20,000 nucleotides of DNA from an uncultured virus (IMG/VR IMGVR_UViG_3300031329_000004) (IMGVR_UViG_3300031329_000004); one strand, 5' to 3'; positions 1-11,133 are shown, counted from the first letter of the stretch. The notes: a model not told the origin generated them from the letters alone. Numbers and translations are program-made.

Positions 1-249
1 GAGTGAGAATACTACACAGTCACTATACCCAAGTGAAACTCGTGTGGATTATTCGATCATTGTACTGGCTCATGATCTATGCTTGACTGTACATTACTCA
101 GAGACTTTACTGTCACTCTCGACAAGTGACTTGAATCAGAGTATGACTTCTATAAACTTATAGTAGATAGCTCTGATACAGGTTATGGTATCGATAAAAC
201 TTATGGACTCACAAGAGAAGCTTGGTGAGATAATATTTCTTTAACATAA
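1..249 (+). CDS. hypothetical phage protein, 5'-truncated (code 25)
   Basis: Frame 1 is open to TAA 247-249 if TGA=Gly: ...PKGNSCGLFDHCTGSGSMLDCTL...YGIDKTYGLTREAWGDNISLT*. Confidence 0.8.
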
Positions 250-255
250 ATTATT

Positions 256-576
256 ATGAGTTATATATACTCACTACAACTTCCAGAATGACAAGAGCAA
301 AATCAATGTATACATGAGCTATGAATTAGTAAACAACTTTATAATGTAGAATATAATATATTCAATGAATCAATTAAATCATATTTAATGGAAGAAGCTC
401 TTGATAAATACTCAATTCATTTTCCAGAAATATTATTTACTATACTTGTAGAGCATGAACTCGCTGATAAAGATGATAATCTTTCAGTTATATACTGAAT
501 CAATGGAGAATCTTATGAAGCTGAAGCTGAAATAATAATTGCATATCCCGACTTCGATTCTACTTTACTTTTATAA
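256..576 (+). CDS. hypothetical protein, apparent paralog of 7036..7551
   Basis: ATG256-TAA576 in code 25; FPEILFTI...NGESYEAEAEIIIAYPDFD. Confidence 0.8.
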
Positions 577-586
577 ATATATTATT

Positions 587-991
587 ATGGATAAAAAATA
601 CCAGGTACTTATAAATCAATTAATTCAATGACATCATCTCGAACCAAAAGAGTTTGATGATTTAAGATTATATCTTGAGTCTCATATCAGAACTATAGAT
701 ATAAGAAAAAAGAATGAACTCTGAATAGAACCAGAGTTAAATCCATTCTCAAAAATAGAACAAAAAATACAATCTCAAATAGAAGATGTAAATCAAATGG
801 ATGAAGATGAACCTTGAGAATATTTATACTCTCAATATATCGATGAGCTTTGTATACAAGATCAAGAAGAATGAATGAGTCCATTAGAAGCTATTGATAG
901 ATTCGATAGTAACGAAATAGATTTTAATATCTGATTCGAGAAATGATATATTCAGTGAATGAGAGAGATGCTTAAATTATTTAATAAATAA
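587..991 (+). CDS. hypothetical acidic protein
   Basis: ATG587-TAA991; C-terminal GFEKGYIQGMREM, all three Gly encoded by TGA. Confidence 0.8.
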
Positions 992-997
992 AATCAT

Positions 998-1228
998 ATG
1001 GCTACACTAGCAAATCTTGCAGATGAATTAGAATTACCAGTAGATGAATATCTAGACTGGGTAGTAAATCTATACATAAACTGAAACAAAAAAGAATTCA
1101 TTAAAGACTTTGCAGAAGTCTGTGCTTGCTGATGATACGAAGACTTCATGGATAATCTATGAAACTTCTGACCAGAAACACAAATGAAAATTCTTAAAGC
1201 AATAGTAGAATTTACTTATAATTCTTAA
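998..1228 (+). CDS. hypothetical protein
   Basis: ATG998-TAA1228, tightly packed; MATLANLADELELPVDEYLDW... Confidence 0.8.
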
Positions 1229-1237
1229 TAAACTATT

Positions 1238-1471
1238 ATGGATAAAAATTGATATGCATCCTCTTGGCATGTATCAAATGCTGCTCAAGTTAAATTCTGT
1301 GAGGATAATAAATGCCCACATTTTGCTCCTTATAATAATTGTTATTCTTGCAATAATAGCATTTATTCTCCTCTTACTAGAAATGGAAAGATTACTTGAG
1401 TGACATTAAAAAAAGCTACTGAAGAATTAATAACTTCATGTCCTCATTGCAACAGAAGCTACTGTGATTAA
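1238..1471 (+). CDS. small Cys-rich (probable Zn-binding) phage protein
   Basis: AQVKFCEDNKCPHFAP..CYSC...ITSCPHCNRSYCD*; two CxxC pairs. Confidence 0.85.
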
Positions 1472-1488
1472 TTCTTAACTAAATTACT

Positions 1489-1782
1489 ATGCAATATCAA
1501 GTAATACAAATAGAACATTCAAATAGATTTTGAGATGTTTATACAATTAAATGAATATTTGATTCATTTAATCCTGCAAGAGAATTAATGAAAAGTTTAT
1601 ATGATAATTATATATCATATAACAAAATGTCTGACGATACAAATTATGATAATACATCTTGAGTTTCTTGTACTCATCTAGTTGAATGAGAAAACTGATG
1701 AAGAACTCCAGATCAAACATACAAAGTTGTAGAATTAGATTTCGAAATGAATCAGCCTTGTGAAATTAATATATCTGATTAA
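1489..1782 (+). CDS. hypothetical protein
   Basis: ATG1489-TAA1782 in code 25. Confidence 0.75.
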
Positions 1783-1791
1783 TTAAAACAT

Positions 1792-2028
1792 ATGAAACAA
1801 TTTATATGAGACTGTACTAACAGTCCATTCGAAGATGCAGATACATTATCTGATATAGTAGATAAAGCAGTAGAAATAACTCCTAGAGAATTTCTACTTG
1901 AATGTGAAATAGATAGCAAAGAAATACTCACAGACATAATAGTTTACTGAAGTCCTAGCTATACATTCTATAAAAGCTGAGATACATATTTTTATATGTG
2001 GTCAGCTATAGAATTTTTATATCAATAA
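1792..2028 (+). CDS. hypothetical phage protein
   Basis: MKQFIGDCTN...FYKSGDTYFYMWSAIEFLYQ*. Confidence 0.8.
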
Positions 2029-2040
2029 AAAAATATTACC

Positions 2041-2175
2041 ATGAAAGATTTAGACCAGTTAATAAAAGATGGTATGTTTAATACCTGTTGAATATATACA
2101 TGAGACATGGCTATCACTCATCCAACTATTTATATTAAAAATAGAATATTAAGATTATTAGACATCAAGTCTTAA
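2041..2175 (+). CDS. small hypothetical protein (44 aa)
   Basis: ATG2041-TAA2175 fills the gap between neighbours. Confidence 0.55.
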
Positions 2176-2215
2176 TAATAAATAACATATAATTATAATT
2201 TATAAAGATATTACT

Positions 2216-2605
2216 ATGACAACTTGAGAAACATTTATGCCACCCGAAATACAAAACAAGAAAATTGTTCTTGATGATTTAGCAAAGATGGAATTTAATA
2301 TTAAAGAAATTTACTGACTCATTGCTAGAACAATGATAGCTATGAGTTGGGGAATTAATTCTCCTGCTAATTATAGAGACAGAGTTTTATTCTTTAAAGT
2401 ACAATGATTTTTACTCAAGGGATATGTTTATATCTCTCTTGAATATGATGATACATTCACTGTATACTTTACTAAGAAAGATAAAGTCTCAGTGATACGA
2501 ATAGTTAAATGAGTTTATATAGATCAACTCATAGATATTATAGATCACTATGTAGAAAAAAATGTTAGTGACGAAGAGTATAAAAAACTTATTTCCAATA
2601 TATAA
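2216..2605 (+). CDS. hypothetical phage protein
   Basis: SWG...LFFKVQGFLLKGYVYISLEYDDTFTV...KGVYIDQLIDIIDHYVE; start could also be ATG2237. Confidence 0.8.
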
Positions 2606-2610
2606 ACATT

Positions 2611-3216
2611 ATGAAAACATGGAATGAAAATATGCTAGAGATAGCTATAGGACAATGACTTACATCCTCTAATAGAGATGTAAGAACTACAAGTATAGAT
2701 GCTTTTAAATCTCCTCACTTTAAAGATTGTATTAATAAATATCTCTGATCTAAATGATTCCCTCAAATGAATTTAGATTCATGGAAAGATACTGTTGATA
2801 AAAATTTTGATGACTCAGTATATTATTCTGAGCTTCAAGATTTTGCATATAAGTTATTAGATGCATGACTTCAAATACTTTGACCTAAAAGATCAAACAA
2901 ACAAACTTGGATAACATTCACAGATTGAACTAACATATGATATGTTCAAGCAGAATACTCTTGGTATGCATATAGTTTAAATTGTATTCCTAGTCGTAAC
3001 ACATGAAACTGATTCAGAGTAATAGACAATGCATGACTTACTATTGCAGAAGCAAAACAATGTCTTGCATCTAGACATCTATCTAACACCTTTGTTTATG
3101 ATTACAATCCTGAATATTATTCTTCTATAGAATCTTATATAGAAACAAGCCGAAGAAGATCATGGAAAAATTATGGTTACATACATCGTGACGAAGTAAA
3201 ACAATTTATTAAATAA
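2611..3216 (+). CDS. hypothetical phage protein
   Basis: 201-aa ORF in code 25; FTDGTNIGYVQ...PSRNTGNGFRV. Confidence 0.8.
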
Positions 3217-3225
3217 ATTATTATT

Positions 3226-3573
3226 ATGCTAGATCAAATTAAAAAAGAACTTAAAAAAGTTTTATGAAGATCAATAGAACATTGAGTTATTAGATATACT
3301 ATATCTGAAGATAAAGAAAAATATCTTACTATAGAATATCATGATAGAAATACTTATACTCCATCTAAAGATTGACACACATGGAAAACATTATGTTCTA
3401 CTCCATTGTTCGTTAGAAAATGAGAACTTGAATTGTGATATGAGTATGTAAATAAATATCCATCTATAGACAAACTTATAGATTGGATAGTATTTATTCT
3501 TGTAGATAAAATGCTATCATATAGTCAAGATGTAAACTGAATCCTAGATGAATATATCTTAACTAAAAAGTAA
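3226..3573 (+). CDS. hypothetical protein
   Basis: ATG3226-TAA3573 in code 25. Confidence 0.75.
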
Positions 3574-3577
3574 TAAA

Positions 3578-3886
3578 ATGAATAGAGAAACACAAGCATT
3601 ACTCTGTGAACTATGTGTGACTATCTGAAGATCAAAACATTCTAATACATTTACTGAACTGACTACAATACAGTTACTCGTTTTCTACGAGTATGTATTA
3701 GAAGTTTGTATCAAAGATACAAAACTAAAAACACTACAATCAATCTATGACTTCGTCAACAGTTGAGATATATTAGAATTATTTGCCAGACTTAAAAAAG
3801 AAATTAAGGACTGACAAAAACTACTTACTACCTGGAAAGATATTCCTAAAAAAAATAAAAAGCTAGACAAGTTGTTACAACCTTAA
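3578..3886 (+). CDS. hypothetical protein
   Basis: ATG3578-TAA3886 in code 25. Confidence 0.75.
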
Positions 3887-3892
3887 TACAAT
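3864..3892 (+). promoter_or_regulatory. sigma70-like promoter
   Basis: TAGACA-17nt-TACAAT upstream of the 3970 gene. Confidence 0.5.
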
Positions 3893-3969
3893 AAACCTAG
3901 CAATAGAAGTAATCTAAACTTTTTTCAAAAGTTAAAATATACTTATAGTTTATTTCTTAACATATATTT

Positions 3970-4695
3970 ATGCCACCAGATAAATTTTCTAAATTTTCTG
4001 TTTGAGACTTGATAGTATATCAAGATGACTATTGAGTAATAGAAGCTATACATACTCACTATATGAGAGTTTCACATAATACTCTTTGAAAAAGAAACTT
4101 TATATGAAGAGATACTCCCGATATATGCATACACATAAAAGTGAATAGTATGGTTAGATCTTTTTGATGATCACTACATTATATACTTAAACCCTGATTA
4201 AAATTAGAAATACTTAATTCTTTTTCACAACTTATATTAAGACTTGAAGATATATATGATATAGAAGTTGTTTCAAAATCTAATTGAGATTCTACTCCTG
4301 TAGCACACCCTTTAAATACTAAACCTATTACACCCATGACTAATTTTATACAACAAAAAAAGAAAGATGATTTCTTAAATAGTAAAGCTAAAATCAATAA
4401 GGTAGAAAAAATATCTAATGAACTAGATGCTTCTACTAAACTTGTTCGTGAAGCTCGAAGATCACTAGAACATATTGAAGATAAAATGAATTATCTTGTT
4501 CAACAAAAAGAAAGCGCTATTAACAACTCAGATATTGATACTCTTGAGAATCTTATCTTGGATATTCCAGAGATATTAAATACTCTTGATACAGAGATAT
4601 TAAAATCATTTGTTAAAGATCTTGTAAAGACTCCATCTGTTAAATCTAAAAGAGATACAGAATCTCCTAGAGAATATTTTTGACTCAAAGATTAA
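3970..4695 (+). CDS. hypothetical protein with C-terminal coiled coil
   Basis: KFSVGDLIVY N-terminus; includes track ORF 4336..4683 in frame and reads through TGA4681 to TAA4695. Confidence 0.8.
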
Positions 4696-4698
4696 TTA

Positions 4699-4733
4699 TA
4701 AAAAGCCTACGATAATACTTAGGCTTTTTATTT
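4699..4733 (+). terminator. rho-independent terminator
   Basis: TAAAAAGCCTA-10nt-TAGGCTTTTTA immediately after the stop codon. Confidence 0.75.
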
Positions 4734-4763
4734 TACATTAATTTATTATTAAAACATAAACAC

Positions 4764-6098
4764 ATGACTAAAAAATTACTACTATTTATTCTTGTTATCA
4801 TATTAATCCTATGAGTATTTACTTATATGGATTATACATCTCTAGATTCACAGATCGCAAGAGCTGATGATACTAGAAAAGAAGTTGCTGAATCTTTAGC
4901 TTACACTATTCATATAGATAGTTTAAAGAACTCAGACTCTGAAGCTTTAATCTCATTAGAGCAACAAGCTATACAAGAGAGAAACATTGAGATTAAAAAC
5001 AATCAATGATGTATGGCTGCTAACTATGCACTCAAAGGTACGACAATCGCTCCTGTGAGTTGTGACGAAACATTAGGTATGTTATATCCTAGTGAATTAT
5101 TCTATACATTTAAAGTATCAGATAATCCTGTTATATCACAACATGAAGAAAATCATTTTCATAAATGAGCATGATGAATGTTAGCAACAGATATAGCAAC
5201 ATCATTCTGACAAGCAGAACAATTCGCTCTAGATTATTTCTGAGAAGTAAAAGCATATACAGTTCGATCATTTCAAAATGAATGTGTTGATGATATACTA
5301 GATGATTTTTATCCTAATGAATCTCAAGGTTGTAAAAACTGGAAGACTCATTTATGAAATCATATAGAATTATCATTCAATCATAAATGAGAAGATATGA
5401 AATTTGTACTGTGACACATCGATAGTAAACTCTCTGATGGTGACATAGTCTTTACAGGACAAAAGATCTGACAGACTAATGTAACAGGTACTACAACAGG
5501 CCATCATGTTCATATAGAACTATGGTCTTGAAAACATAACATATCATACTCAGTAAGAAATAAAGAATTACTAGAATCAAGAAGTGCAGATCCAATTAAA
5601 AAAGAGACAACAACTTCTACTGAATCTACTAATGATTTTACTTATACTCCTATCGTTGGTGACGGAAACTTATCACCAGACTCTCAGAAATATAAAGATG
5701 CATGAGAAAAATATGGTATAGATTGGAGAATGATTTCAGCAATACATTGTACTGAAACATTTGATATCAAAGCTAAGAGTTGTAGCAGACATACTAAATC
5801 ACCAACATCATCAGCATGAGCGCAATGATGTATGCAATTTATGCCAAAGACTTGGACTTGATGGTTAGCATCTAGTACATGATACTGAGTAGATGGTGAC
5901 TGAGACTGAGTAGCAGATATACATAACTGTATGGATGGTATACATTCTGCTGCAAACAAACTCTCATCAAATTATAACAAGTTCATATCTGAATGAAGTA
6001 CTCCAGAACAAGCAAGATGGAAAGCATACAGACAATACAATCATGCAAATTGGTATGCAGATCGTGCAGCTAATATCTTTAATACTTTAACAAAATAA
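4764..6098 (+). CDS. membrane-anchored/secreted M23 peptidase + lytic transglycosylase (SLT) fusion, 444 aa
   Basis: N-terminal hydrophobic helix; M23 motifs LGNHIEL, GDIVFTGQKIG..TG.TTGHHVHIEL; SLT motifs YGIDWRMISAIHCTET, SSAGAQGCMQFMPKTW, YGVDGDGDGVADI, YNHANWY; about 21 in-frame TGA. Confidence 0.9.
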
Positions 6099-6103
6099 TT
6101 CTT

Positions 6104-6331
6104 ATGTTACAACTAGAAGCAGACAAAGATTGTTTTGATACAGTCATAGCATTGAAGCATGAGATACAAGCTATAGCTTCTATCTATCAGAATGATTGAG
6201 AAGTAAACCTAACTCAAATGCTTAATCATAATCAAAAGATTATGGATGTTATGACTACTCTATCATCAATGAAGTTTAGCTTAAAAGAAATCAAAGCAGA
6301 AACAAATAATTTTTTATCTTCTAATATATAA
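6104..6331 (+). CDS. hypothetical protein
   Basis: ATG6104-TAA6331. Confidence 0.7.
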
Positions 6332-6429
6332 TGATGAAACAATTAATATTTATAAAACATAAAGATCCATTCAAAGGAAGACAAACTCTTCCTGTAAATG
6401 TAAACTGAAAAATAATTCATAACAAATAA
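6331..6429 (+). CDS. 32-aa peptide similar to the C-terminus of the next gene
   Basis: TAATG stop/start overlap; DPFKGRQTLPVNVNGKIIHNK. Confidence 0.55.
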
Positions 6430-6431
6430 TT

Positions 6432-6629
6432 ATGAAAGATATTTTTAATATAAAAAAAACTCCTGCTACTACTGAAGCAATAAACAAACTCATTACTAAA
6501 TGGACTAATCTATTGCTTAAGTATGAAACAATGAAAGTTCCAATACAAAATAAGACACCTTCAAAATGAAGAGTGTCTGTACCTGTAAATATATTTAAGA
6601 ACTGAAAGCTTATTCAAATAAATAAATAG
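6432..6629 (+). CDS. small basic hypothetical protein
   Basis: ATG6432-TAG6629; TPSKGRVSVPVNIFKNGKLIQINK. Confidence 0.7.
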
Positions 6630-6706
6630 TTATGAAACTCTAATAACTATTTGCTTTTAAACATACTCCGATTATTATATATCAGTATATTATAACAACC
6701 TATACT

Positions 6707-7030
6707 ATGAATGATGTATATGAAATTCAATTGATTGTAGGAAAGAACATCTCTACTAAAAACATTGCAGACAATAATGTATCTATCTTCGTAAGTATTC
6801 CAACAAACCTATATAATGTTATACATAAATATGTAAACAAAGTTTTGGAATTACATCTTACTAAGTGAGGTACATCTTTTATATTGAACTGCAATATTAA
6901 TAATGATGGATCTACTCCTATAATGTACAATGCAAAAGAATGACATTGAGTTTTAAAACTTGATGTAATACTAGAAGATAAAATGGTACTATGATATATA
7001 GTATCATCTGATTTATTCCTTAAGATATAA
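6707..7030 (+). CDS. hypothetical protein
   Basis: ATG6707-TAA7030 in code 25; weak TTGCTT-16-TATTAT upstream (6651-6678). Confidence 0.65.
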
Positions 7031-7035
7031 TCCTT

Positions 7036-7551
7036 ATGTGATATTATACTAAGCATGAAATAGATTTGACTCCAGAACAAGAATGTAAAAAAGATCAGTA
7101 TCTTAAAGAGATAGAAATAATCTCTTGATACTTCAATCCTTTTGAAAATGTATGTAAATGGTATGAAAGATCTACTGATATGTGTGCATTCTCTCTACTA
7201 CATCCAGAAGAAGTATTTACTATCTACTGACATTGAGAAGAAGACTTAGATAAATGGATAGCATACTATCATAATTGAAATGAACAACAAGAGAAAGCAG
7301 AAATATCTATAGTATATCCTGAATATAATTCTGATAAGCTACTCAATGTAGATTCTACTTCAATGAATAGAACTGTTAAGCAGGCTCTCAAAGATTATAA
7401 TACTATAGTCAATTCATCTATGACTCTTGAAGTTCATAAGACAGTTACACACCAAACTTATAAGTGTACTAAATGTTTAAAAACATTCTCCGAAGACGAT
7501 GTAGAAGTTCAATGAAGATGTCCTAAATGTTTTGAAGATAATAATTCCTAA
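7036..7551 (+). CDS. hypothetical phage protein with C-terminal Zn ribbon
   Basis: MGYYTKH...CKWYE..DMCAFSLLHPEEVFTIYGHGEE..DKW..YYHNG; C-terminal CTKC...GRCPKC. Confidence 0.85.
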
Positions 7552-7564
7552 TCATATAATCCTT

Positions 7565-8980
7565 ATGATCAAATCTATAAAGATAGATTACCCAGAATAC
7601 TGAGTCAAAGTATCAGAAACATTCTGACCTTGAGTCAATGTATTAGAAAAACCTAATGGATATGGTAAGACTATAATCCTTAGAACTATTCTCTCTGCAT
7701 ACTCTGGAACATTCATATGATCTAGAACTCTTCCATCTGGAAGTGCTGAGATAATCCTAGACGACAAGACTCTTATGATGTCTAAGTCTATGTGGATTGG
7801 AATAGACAAAGTGAATGCTATAGCAAAACATATAATGCCTTGAGCATTTATGGATCTCTCTACTCCAGAACAAAGGAAGACTATTGTAGATCTCTTAGAG
7901 ATAGATAGACTCTGATTCTTATCCTCAGCTTTTGATTGATTCTTATCAGCAAAAGGTGTATGAGAAAAACAAGAAGATGGTAGTATCATTACTACTATCA
8001 AATACTCTGACACTCTTGCTAAAGAAACAAAGCAATCTATTGCTGAATCTAAATGAAAAGAAGATCAGCTTCTCTCAGATATTACTAGGCTTCAATGAAA
8101 TATTAACTCATTCAAAAAGAAAGAGTTTAAAGACATTGATAACTATAATATCTTTGAACAAGAAGTAGTAAGACAATGGTCCGAACTTGTATCTGGCCAT
8201 CAAGAGAATGTAAGAAAATCTAACTCAGATAAATCTTTATTAGAATCTAATAAAGCTGCATTACTCAAAGAGTATTCTGTATTACAATCTCAACTTAATG
8301 GAACATGTCCTACATGTAATCAATCTATAGATGTAGATACTACAGCTATTAACTCTAAGATAGATCAGAATATTACAGAGTGAAAAGAGATCGCAGATAA
8401 ACTTAGTAAGTTTAAAACTCTTGATGCTCTTCCTATTCTTAATACCTTAGAAGAGAAAGCTAAACATCTAGCAATGGAGATTCCTAAGAAACCTGCAGAA
8501 GCTAGATATACTGAGCAACATGATTATAATAATCAATTGCAATCTCAGAAGTTTACCAATGAAGAACTTGAACTTAAGAAGAAAGATCTTCGTGAACTAT
8601 GAGAACTAGATAATCAAGCTGTACTAGATTGTATAGATAGAGCTCAGAAAGAATTCACTAAAACTCTTGAAAAGAAAATCTCATCACTCTGATTAGAGAT
8701 TGAATTATTCAAGACTCAAAAGAATGGTACAGTTAAAGAAACATTCAATGTATCTTTAGATGGTAAACCATACTCAGAACTCTCTCAATGAAATAAGATT
8801 ATCTTACAAGTAAAGATGGCTCTTGTATTCATTAAGAAGTTATGACTAGACTTCATGCTCATTGATGAAGCAGGTACACTAGGACAAGAATCATTTGATA
8901 TGATTGTTAAAGCTTGTAGTGAATTAGATTCTAATATCCAAATCATTGCAATGCGACCACCATACTTCAAAGTAAAATAA
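7565..8980 (+). CDS. Rad50/SbcC/SMC-like ABC ATPase with Zn hook, 471 aa
   Basis: Walker A PNGYGKT, coiled coils, central CPTC, signature-like LSQG, Walker B FMLIDEAG. Confidence 0.85.
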
Positions 8981-9022
8981 TCTTTAATCATTCTAAGTCT
9001 ACAAAATTATTGAGTAGATACA

Positions 9023-9060
9023 TAGAGGGCAAGTATAATTACTTGTCCTTTATTTTATTT
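9023..9060 (+). terminator. hairpin/terminator overlapping a TATAAT box
   Basis: TAGAGGGCAAGTA-TAAT-TACTTGTCCTTTA followed by a T-rich tract. Confidence 0.55.
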
Positions 9061-9075
9061 ATTAAATATTCTATT

Positions 9076-9150
9076 ATGAATGACATAGAAATATACAATG
9101 AGTATGGTCTATTAAAAGACTGAGTATCTTATTTTAATAATCATATCTAA
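9076..9150 (+). CDS. putative 24-aa peptide
   Basis: ATG in typical ctattATG context; stop abuts the next ATG. Confidence 0.4.
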
Positions 9151-9151
9151 T

Positions 9152-9844
9152 ATGAAAGTACAAATACTAACAGAATATCATCTTAAAAAAGTAATAGATA
9201 CATTTAGTCCTTTAGGATTATTCTATGCTTATATAGATTGATCATGGATCTGAGTAGATAATTCTACTGCAGATTCTTGGACCGAAGAATTCCAATCAAA
9301 ACAAGAATGTCTTGATTGGCTTCTTGAAGAACATCCTATTTATAAAACTATTATGACAGACTACGAACAAGAAGCTCAAGACTTTCTTGATGCTACTAAC
9401 ACTACCATCACTAAGAAATTTCTTATGTATGGTCTACACTTTCCAGAAGATACTGATGAGAGGAATATCTGGGAGATTACATTAACCAGATGACAACAAT
9501 CATATACTTATAAATTCTGAGATAGTATTAATAACTCTCAGATAAAAGATAAAGCTGCTTTTAATAATCTATCAATTAGTAGAAGAAAGTATGTATCATC
9601 TTATATGTGAAATTATAAATATCCTAGAAAAGAGAATCCTAAAAAAATTCCTCCTACTAACTGTAGTGTAATCTCATGTTTCTATATATGTGATGAATCA
9701 TTTGCAGACTTCTGTGACTCTATGTGATATGACAGAGATTCTATTAAAGCTCTTGATATATATAACAATGTCATGAAAGAAGTGAGAGAATTAAAATCAT
9801 TATTCTCTCCAAGTGAATTAGAAAAGCTCCAAGAAATACAATAA
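9152..9844 (+). CDS. two-domain hypothetical phage protein (apparent gene fusion)
   Basis: N: PLGLFY...WIGVDNSTADSWTEEF..CLDWL; C (from ATG9353): MTDYEQEAQDFL...FADFCDSMGYDRDSIKALDIY. Confidence 0.8.
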
Positions 9845-9860
9845 CATTTAATTATATATT

Positions 9861-10304
9861 ATGAAAATAGCTATCAACAAATGTTATGGATGATTTCAAT
9901 TATCTATAATGGCTCAGAAAAGAATCGCAGAGATTCTATGAAAGACAGCATACTTCTTTCATAGAGAATATGATGATGATCTTAATGTGACATATACTCT
10001 TATGGATTACCAAGATCTCAACAACAAAACTTCTACTATGTTAGAATGTTATACAGTATCAACTCTTCCAGATGATATAGATACTATATCAGATAAAGAT
10101 TATGATGCTATAACTCTACCCAATTATACAGACTATGATAATAGATCTCTTCCAGAACTTATACAAGTAATAGAAGAACTATGATCAGATGTATCTAATC
10201 ATATTTCAAATATTAAAATAGTAGAAATTCCAGATGATGTTAAATGGCATATAAATGATTATGATTGAATAGAAACTATTCACGAAGATCATAGATCATG
10301 GTAA
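9861..10304 (+). CDS. conserved-looking hypothetical phage protein
   Basis: MKIAINKCYGGF..LS...LIQVIEELG...KIVEIPDDVKW.I.DYDGIETIHEDHRSW*. Confidence 0.85.
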
Positions 10305-10411
10305 TGAGTCTACAAAATGCTAGACTAAATAGTTAGACCGTAGCTTACAGCTACAACACAATAATTCTTTGGATGCATTTCATCCAAACTTATATTCCTA
10401 ATTTTTCCATT

Positions 10412-10780
10412 ATGAAAAATGCAATCGCAAAACAAGAAGCACATATTATGAATCTCTTTAATCTTACTCCAAAAGATATCTACTCTGAAAGAGAATTTCC
10501 ATCTAAAGAAATTACTGACCAAGAAACTTGAGAAGTAAAACAATCTTGAAGTATGAAATCTATTTCACTTAAAGGTCTTATTAAAAACAATGCTATATCT
10601 TTCAAACTCTTTGAAAAGAAAGATGCTCAGATTGTTAAATACAATCGTGATACTCAAAAAGAGAACTTCGTAGTTCTAGATAAAGCTGCACTTGATTCTG
10701 ATTTACTCCAGATACAAGCAATGCTTTCTAAAAGAAGTTCTAAATCTACATATACTGTAGAAGACTTCTGTGAGGTTTAG
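10412..10780 (+). CDS. hypothetical protein
   Basis: ATG10412-TAG10780, extends track ORF 10553..10780; DQETGEVK. Confidence 0.75.
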
Positions 10781-10847
10781 CCTAACCCATAGCTCAAGAA
10801 TAATTTCTTGGGCTTTAGTTAGATTATATCCTAAAACAAAAACACAA

Positions 10848-10988
10848 ATGATTACACTAGTAATACTATGCCAGAACTTATTCTGGACTCCACATAACAC
10901 GAATCCTAGAGTTATAGAAGCTTGCGAGATAACTTGGCAAGAAACATATCCAGATGCATATAATTCTCTGGACACTTATACTTATTAA
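10848..10988 (+). CDS. small hypothetical protein (46 aa)
   Basis: ATG10848-TAA10988 downstream of a hairpin at about 10778-10828. Confidence 0.5.
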   Translation: MITLVILCQNLFWTPHNTNPRVIEACEITWQETYPDAYNSLDTYTY

Positions 10989-11037
10989 TATTCTATACTG
11001 AGTATTTCCTAAATAATATATTATTAATTACAACATT

Positions 11038-11133
11038 ATGATACACTTATACAACCCAATAACTAAAGACGAGATAACTGTTAAGAACGACAGAGAACAA
11101 GCTCGTGCTCAAAAACTATGATACAGGAAATAA
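11038..11133 (+). CDS. small hypothetical protein (31 aa)
   Basis: cattATG context; MIHLYNPITKDEITVKNDREQARAQKLGYRK*. Confidence 0.6.

Noticed and set aside
4764..6098. TGA=Trp (code 4), selenocysteine, or mass pseudogenisation
   Set aside because: TGA falls at conserved Gly positions, Trp is encoded by TGG in motifs (LWHAG, PKTW), and the frames are otherwise intact.
6632..6643. ATG6632 as the start of the 6707 gene
   Set aside because: In frame, but closed by TAA at 6641-6643 after three codons.
693..10975. Minus-strand track ORFs (693, 4179, 4500, 5684, 6727, 7588, 8785, 10325, 10703) and + ORF 7932..8168
   Set aside because: Antisense or off-frame shadows of longer code-25 genes with recognisable motifs.
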